NCBI GenBank assembly: GCA_943788935.1
Contig: CALSSE010000016.1
Coordinates: 1,759 to 65,758 of the forward strand
Source of the DNA: an uncultured bacterium
Lineage (GTDB): Bacteria; Myxococcota_A; Bradymonadia; UBA7976; VGTA01
Length of the DNA: 64,000 bases
Direction of reading: 5' to 3'
Both the position numbers and the translations under genes were made by a program. The notes beneath the pieces are model-generated. The model was not told where the DNA came from, ran no database searches, and saw only the letters and a program-made list of their open reading frames with translations. Positions within the stretch are counted from its first letter, which is position 1. Each line of letters starts with the position of its first letter. Shown here in pieces: positions 59,555 to 64,000 of this stretch.

Positions 59555-60367
59555 ATGAGCGAAGCACCTCTCTCCTTAATACAAGCAGCTATATTAGGCT
59601 TGATTCAAGCTCTCACCGAGTTTTTGCCAGTCTCTTCTAGCGGTCATTTAGTGATCGGTCAGGCCCTCCTCGAGATCGACTCTGGAGGAGGGGCGAGCTT
59701 TGAGGTCGCGGTACACATGGGAACTCTTCTCAGCATTCTCGTCGTTCTACGTGATGAGGTATTAAGCCTCTTAAGAGGATGTGTCTTAAGTCAGCATCGT
59801 ACGTCTGCTTGGCGAGAAGAGACCACTTTTATTATTTTAAGCGCTGTCCCCGCTGGTTTGATCGGGGTCTTCTTCAAAGATCTCTTAGAGAGCGCCTTTA
59901 ATCACTTATGGCTAGTGGGGGCCACTTTAACCTTCACAGGAGTGATCCTCCTCAGCACCAAGAGTCGTCAAGGAGCAAGGGAGAGGTTGACCCTCATCGA
60001 CAGTCTCTTGATCGGTCTCGCACAAGCGATCGCTATCCTCCCCGGGGTTTCTCGATCAGGGGCGACCATCTCTGCCGCATTATGGTTAGGCATTGAGCGA
60101 GATCGAGCGGCTCGACTCAGCTTCTTGATGTCACTCCCTGTGGTCGGAGGTGCCGGTTTACTAAAAGCTCTAGACTTATCCACTCAGGCTCTATCGAGTG
60201 AACTCGTTTACGCCATGTCGGTTGGGGCGATCATCTCATTCATAATTGGCATATTCGCCCTCAAGGCGATGCTTAAGTGGATCATTAAGCCCTCTTTCGC
60301 CTATTTCGGGGTCTACTGTCTGCTGATGGGTCTAATAATATTGAGTTACAGCTGTCATCTATTTTAA
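59555..60367 (+). CDS. uppP: Undecaprenyl-diphosphatase
   Basis: QALTEFLPVSSSGH, HMGTL, AILPGVSRSGATI, SFLMSLP. Confidence 0.96.
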   Translation: MSEAPLSLIQAAILGLIQALTEFLPVSSSGHLVIGQALLEIDSGGGASFEVAVHMGTLLSILVVLRDEVLSLLRGCVLSQHRTSAWREETTFIILSAVPAGLIGVFFKDLLESAFNHLWLVGATLTFTGVILLSTKSRQGARERLTLIDSLLIGLAQAIAILPGVSRSGATISAALWLGIERDRAARLSFLMSLPVVGGAGLLKALDLSTQALSSELVYAMSVGAIISFIIGIFALKAMLKWIIKPSFAYFGVYCLLMGLIILSYSCHLF

Positions 60368-60426
60368 TCGCTAGATATTTGAAGAGGGAATAGAGAGGTG
60401 AGATCTTGGTTAACTCATGGCCAACT

Positions 60427-60464
60427 CTTGACGAATCCTTGACGAATCCTTGACGAATCCTTGA
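60427..60464. repeat. 11-bp direct repeat (CTTGACGAATC x3 + CTTGA), intergenic
   Basis: Read directly. About 120 bp upstream of the gene at 60586. Confidence 0.88.
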
Positions 60465-60585
60465 TTGTATGCCCTCCAAACATACCATGACTTCTCCTTT
60501 GACTCATACGTTGGCCTGTAGTACCCTCACTCCATCTTCACATTGGAAAAAACTCTAAATATAAAACAAGTAAAGGCTTAAAATA

Positions 60586-61014
60586 ATGAGATATTTATCA
60601 AAGATACCTCTATGGGGATGGCTCATCATCTTAACAGTGTTGTCTTATGCGGCTTGGAACCCTTTTAAGGCATCAGTTTTTCATATGTGGGCAGATAATC
60701 CACAGCCGACCGCAGGTAAACTCTTAGTGACGCTTTTACTCGGTGGCGCTCTCTTTTTCTTTGCTAGAGAGACGAAAAAAGCGATTGGGGCAGGTGGCAT
60801 CGCCTTTCTCACGATCATTATCGGGCTAGTCTTGTGGTTATTTAAGGGAGTATTTGTAGAGAAACCTGGGATTCTCGCGAACCTCTTCCCTTTCATTATC
60901 GCTGTGTTTTTGACCATTGGATCTCAGTTCAATAAGGTCCGTCGTCGCATCAGCGGCACCGTGTCTGTGGATCACACAGAGGATGATATTGTAGACATGC
61001 ATGGTCACGACTGA
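60586..61014 (+). CDS. Small 4-TM membrane protein (DUF6524-like)
   Basis: YAAWNP, four hydrophobic segments, C-terminal VRRRISGTVSVD. Confidence 0.65.
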   Translation: MRYLSKIPLWGWLIILTVLSYAAWNPFKASVFHMWADNPQPTAGKLLVTLLLGGALFFFARETKKAIGAGGIAFLTIIIGLVLWLFKGVFVEKPGILANLFPFIIAVFLTIGSQFNKVRRRISGTVSVDHTEDDIVDMHGHD

Positions 61015-61141
61015 GGTGATCAAGAAGATCGGGCAAGGCTATTGCCCAGTCAGTCGATAAGGGGTATGACCTAAGACTCTAAAGCGAAGTTGTTTTAAGC
61101 TCCGCTTATCTTCACTCAGCTCTATCAGAAGCTAGGTTGAC

Positions 61142-62563
61142 ATGTCTCAGGGTACTCAAGACGACCATCATGGCGCCGAGCCCCCACAGCGCTTAGAGAG
61201 GCAGTTAGGGCTGAGCGCCTCGTTCTCGATGATCACTGGATCAATGTTGGGCATTGGGATATTTCTCGCTCCTTGTCTAGCGGCGCGACATATCCCGACG
61301 AGTGGTCTCTTCTTTGGGGCGTGGATATTTACAGGGATAATCGCCCTGGCTGGTGCTTGGATTTACTCTAAGTTAGGGGTGATGCTCCCTCGGAGCGGTG
61401 GTGACTATGTCTTTCATCGTGAGGCCTTAGGATCATCAGTCGCTTTTTCCTATGGGTGGGGTATGCTCAGCGCTGCTTTCGCCGGGTCCTTGGCGGCGAT
61501 GTCGGTGGCTCTATGCTCTTATCAGCTCCTCCCTTTATTGGGTTTACCCACCGGTGAGCTGTGGGTCATCACTCTATGGGGGTTGACGGTCAGCGTGACT
61601 TGGGCACAAGTAAGCGCGGTGCTCTTAATCGTCCTTATCACTTTGAGTAACTCCTTTGGTTTAGCGATCTCGGCGAGACTCCAAGAGGTGATCGCTTTTT
61701 TACCGCTAGTAGCCCTATTTATTATCTGTGGATACTTATTTACCGCAGACCCCATTAATCCTGAAGAGCTCACTGTAGTGAGTCATCGCGTAGATGAATG
61801 GAGTTACTCGGGGATCTCTAACGCTTTCTTGGAGATCTATTTCGCCTATTCGGGGTGGAACGCGATCATCTATGTCGCTGGAGAGATTAAAGAGCCGAAG
61901 CGAACCATCCCCATAGCACTGATCGGAGGGACGATCACCGTCATGTGCTTATATTTGTTCTTTTGTGCGGCGTCTCTTCACTATGTTGGTTTAGAGGGCC
62001 TCAGAGCTTTTTATTACTCTCAGATTGATCTTGGGAGCGGGATCGCCCAACAGCTGGGTGGAGGATGGATATCCCACGGTATGACAGTCTTAGTTACAGT
62101 GGCGCTGCTCGCCTCCATTAATGCGACGGTAATCGGAGGGGGTCGACTCGCTTACATGATGGCCAATGATGGGTGTTTTTGGAGCGCGGCCGGTCAGATA
62201 GATGAGAGATATGGTACACCCAATCAAGCGCTGTGGATCCTCGCTTGCCTCTCAGGGATTATCACGCTCTGCGTCCCCTATGACTTGATCTTTAGGTTGA
62301 TCAGCTTAGTGATGGTGCTCGGTGGGGTATTGACCGCATTGTCATATTATATACTAAAGTTGAGAACGGTAAAACTCAGCGAGCTCTCCCCTACAGATTG
62401 GCTCCTGCCACCTCTCTTTATCTTGTCGAGCTTAAGCATCATGTCGGTTAAGATCTATGATGCCGTTCAAGGAGAACCGGGTGCGCTTCCCCCTTTGGTA
62501 GGGCTCATTGTTATCCTCTTCGCCTTCTTGAGTCATCGAGTATATCGAGGTATTCAGAGGTAG
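61142..62563 (+). CDS. APC family amino acid permease
   Basis: GSMLGIGIF, PRSGGDY, FAYSGWN, GEIKEPKRTIP. About 12 TM helices. Confidence 0.92.
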   Translation: MSQGTQDDHHGAEPPQRLERQLGLSASFSMITGSMLGIGIFLAPCLAARHIPTSGLFFGAWIFTGIIALAGAWIYSKLGVMLPRSGGDYVFHREALGSSVAFSYGWGMLSAAFAGSLAAMSVALCSYQLLPLLGLPTGELWVITLWGLTVSVTWAQVSAVLLIVLITLSNSFGLAISARLQEVIAFLPLVALFIICGYLFTADPINPEELTVVSHRVDEWSYSGISNAFLEIYFAYSGWNAIIYVAGEIKEPKRTIPIALIGGTITVMCLYLFFCAASLHYVGLEGLRAFYYSQIDLGSGIAQQLGGGWISHGMTVLVTVALLASINATVIGGGRLAYMMANDGCFWSAAGQIDERYGTPNQALWILACLSGIITLCVPYDLIFRLISLVMVLGGVLTALSYYILKLRTVKLSELSPTDWLLPPLFILSSLSIMSVKIYDAVQGEPGALPPLVGLIVILFAFLSHRVYRGIQR

Positions 62564-62933
62564 AGACTCCGCTTCGCTTTCTAGACGGAGACGTCTGACC
62601 ATTTCTTTAAGTTCTACCTTAAAACAGCAATAATTATATTTGAGCTCATTTTGAACAAGGTCAAGTTTATACTGTAAATCCTCTAGAACAAACTCAGCGA
62701 CTCAGGTCGGTTATAAACAGTGAACACTGACAAGAGAGCGATGAGATGAGTGATGATGAGTTAGCTTGAGGTGAGCCAGTCGAATCGATGCTGAAGAACA
62801 GAACAAACCTGACTTAATGAGTCTAACTTCTGCCCTTGATGTGGTTTGAACTCGTTTTGAGTAATGCTCATGACCCTCTCCATCTCAGCTATATTCTTAA
62901 GTTTAGACAGCATCAATGTGGGCGCAAGAATAG

Positions 62934-64000
62934 CTACATCTCAGGGATATAAGCCTTAGCTTTGATCGCTGCCTTACCTCTCTTATTAGTATAGATGGTA
63001 AAACGGACATCAGGGCATCCCTTTTTCTCAATATATTTTTTGCGAGCGTCATTGAGCTGATTTACGAACTCTGAAAAGTTTGGCACTTTGGCGCTCTCTT
63101 CTAAGTCTCGTTTCAATGAGCAATAGCTCTGAAAGGTGTCTTTATAGTGTTCAAGTCGCTCTTGACGCCGTACACGAGCTCTCTCGTCCCAGTCGATTTG
63201 AGGTTGAGGTGCGTGGGTCGCGATCGCTTCGACGAGCTCATCATCGGTGGATCTTAAAGGCTCCATTTCTTGAACATTCTGTCTAGATTCGGGATGTTCA
63301 TTGGAAGAGCTCTCGTCTTCTGAGCTTGCTTCATCGGCAGAAGACTGATTGAGCTCATCGAGCTTTTGAGCTTCCATATAGCTCTTCAAAGTCTCTGTTG
63401 CAGGCTCTAGGGCATCTATAGATTTAAGATCATTGTTTTCTCTGATTAACTCAGGAGGATTAGAGAGCTCTGTCTCTTCATCCTGTAAGTATTCTACAGG
63501 AGGTGGAATCGTGACTTGTAGATCATCAAATGAGGGGTCAGCCTCATAGTGCATATCTTGATAGTGCATATCTTGTTGACGAGATGGAGATGAAACCTCA
63601 GTTGGTTCGGTGCCTAATCGCTCTCTTCTTGATCGTTGTTCTTGAAGGTCACTCGGTATCTCTGCAGATGACTCGTTGGAGAGGAGTTGATTCGTTGAGG
63701 TCATGATACTGGGGTCATCGACCCCAAAGATGTTCATTAGGTCATCAACCGGAGCTAGCTGACTCTCAGGAGCACTTTGCTGAGGATCTTTCTTCTCCAC
63801 TTCAGCTTGGATCATTTGTGGAGCAGATGAGGGAAGATCTTCCCATTTATCACCGTATTCGGCTTGAAAGAAGTTCTGAAGTGCATCCATCTCTTCTTGA
63901 CTAGGGCTTGCCTCTTGGTCGTCTGCTAAGGGATTCTCTTCTTCTTGGCTCAAGAGGTTTGGTGCGGTGACGATAGACATGACTGTTGTTGGTTTAGCAG
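62934..64000 (-). CDS. MXAN_5187-like C-terminal domain protein (partial, 5' end outside window)
   Basis: C-terminus FQSYCSLKR...FSEFVNQL...KKGCPDVRFTIYTNKRGKAAIKAK after a long acidic disordered linker. The frame is open to the window edge. Confidence 0.7.
   Translation of the reverse strand, partial: AKPTTVMSIVTAPNLLSQEEENPLADDQEASPSQEEMDALQNFFQAEYGDKWEDLPSSAPQMIQAEVEKKDPQQSAPESQLAPVDDLMNIFGVDDPSIMTSTNQLLSNESSAEIPSDLQEQRSRRERLGTEPTEVSSPSRQQDMHYQDMHYEADPSFDDLQVTIPPPVEYLQDEETELSNPPELIRENNDLKSIDALEPATETLKSYMEAQKLDELNQSSADEASSEDESSSNEHPESRQNVQEMEPLRSTDDELVEAIATHAPQPQIDWDERARVRRQERLEHYKDTFQSYCSLKRDLEESAKVPNFSEFVNQLNDARKKYIEKKGCPDVRFTIYTNKRGKAAIKAKAYIPEM

Noticed and set aside
61031..61047. Hairpin GGGCAA-N5-TTGCCC after the DUF6524-like gene as an intrinsic terminator
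   Set aside because: The stem is only 6 bp with no U-tract, too weak to call.
62564..62933. 370-bp intergenic region between convergent genes as a possible ncRNA
   Set aside because: I recognised no RNA family motif or stable long structure. An Rfam/Infernal search would be needed.

Overview
This window looks like chromosomal DNA from a Myxococcota-type bacterium (roughly 50% GC by eye), judged from myxobacterial Cys-rich repeats, a MYXO-CTERM-like tail and an MXAN_5187-like C-terminal domain. The first 9.9 kb is one giant minus-strand gene (>3300 aa, running off the left edge) that the ORF track misses. It encodes a signal peptide, an FGE/CLec-like domain, Cys-rich repeats, an RCC1-like propeller and about 33 TSP3-like 57-aa repeats arranged in a 5-unit higher-order array. 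The 1939-aa plus-strand ORF is its antisense shadow. Next come a USP + NhaD/ArsB permease pair, argB, an orphan FliL-like gene, htpX, a DUF1853/phosphoesterase/NUDIX/PabB-like run and two coupled paralogous lipoproteins with possible BPI/LBP-like C-termini. A minus-strand envelope cluster follows: an SGNH esterase, a 1882-aa PKD/MYXO-CTERM surface protein split by a 1-nt frameshift, a TraB-like barrel-TSP3-OmpA-SPOR protein, a Cys-rich lipoprotein and a PEGA-like protein. After that are an atuCDEF-like carboxylase operon with a BKACE gene, tRNA-Ala(GGC), a PilZ/PhcB-like methyltransferase paired with a membrane hybrid kinase, lepA-lepB-ruvX-uppP and an APC permease. The methyltransferase-kinase pair is the best candidate for an undescribed system (a phcBS-like signal synthase and receptor). 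Short tandem duplications of 11-21 bp are frequent. I saw no CRISPR array, transposase, integrase or rRNA. All family calls come from motif recognition by eye, not database searches.
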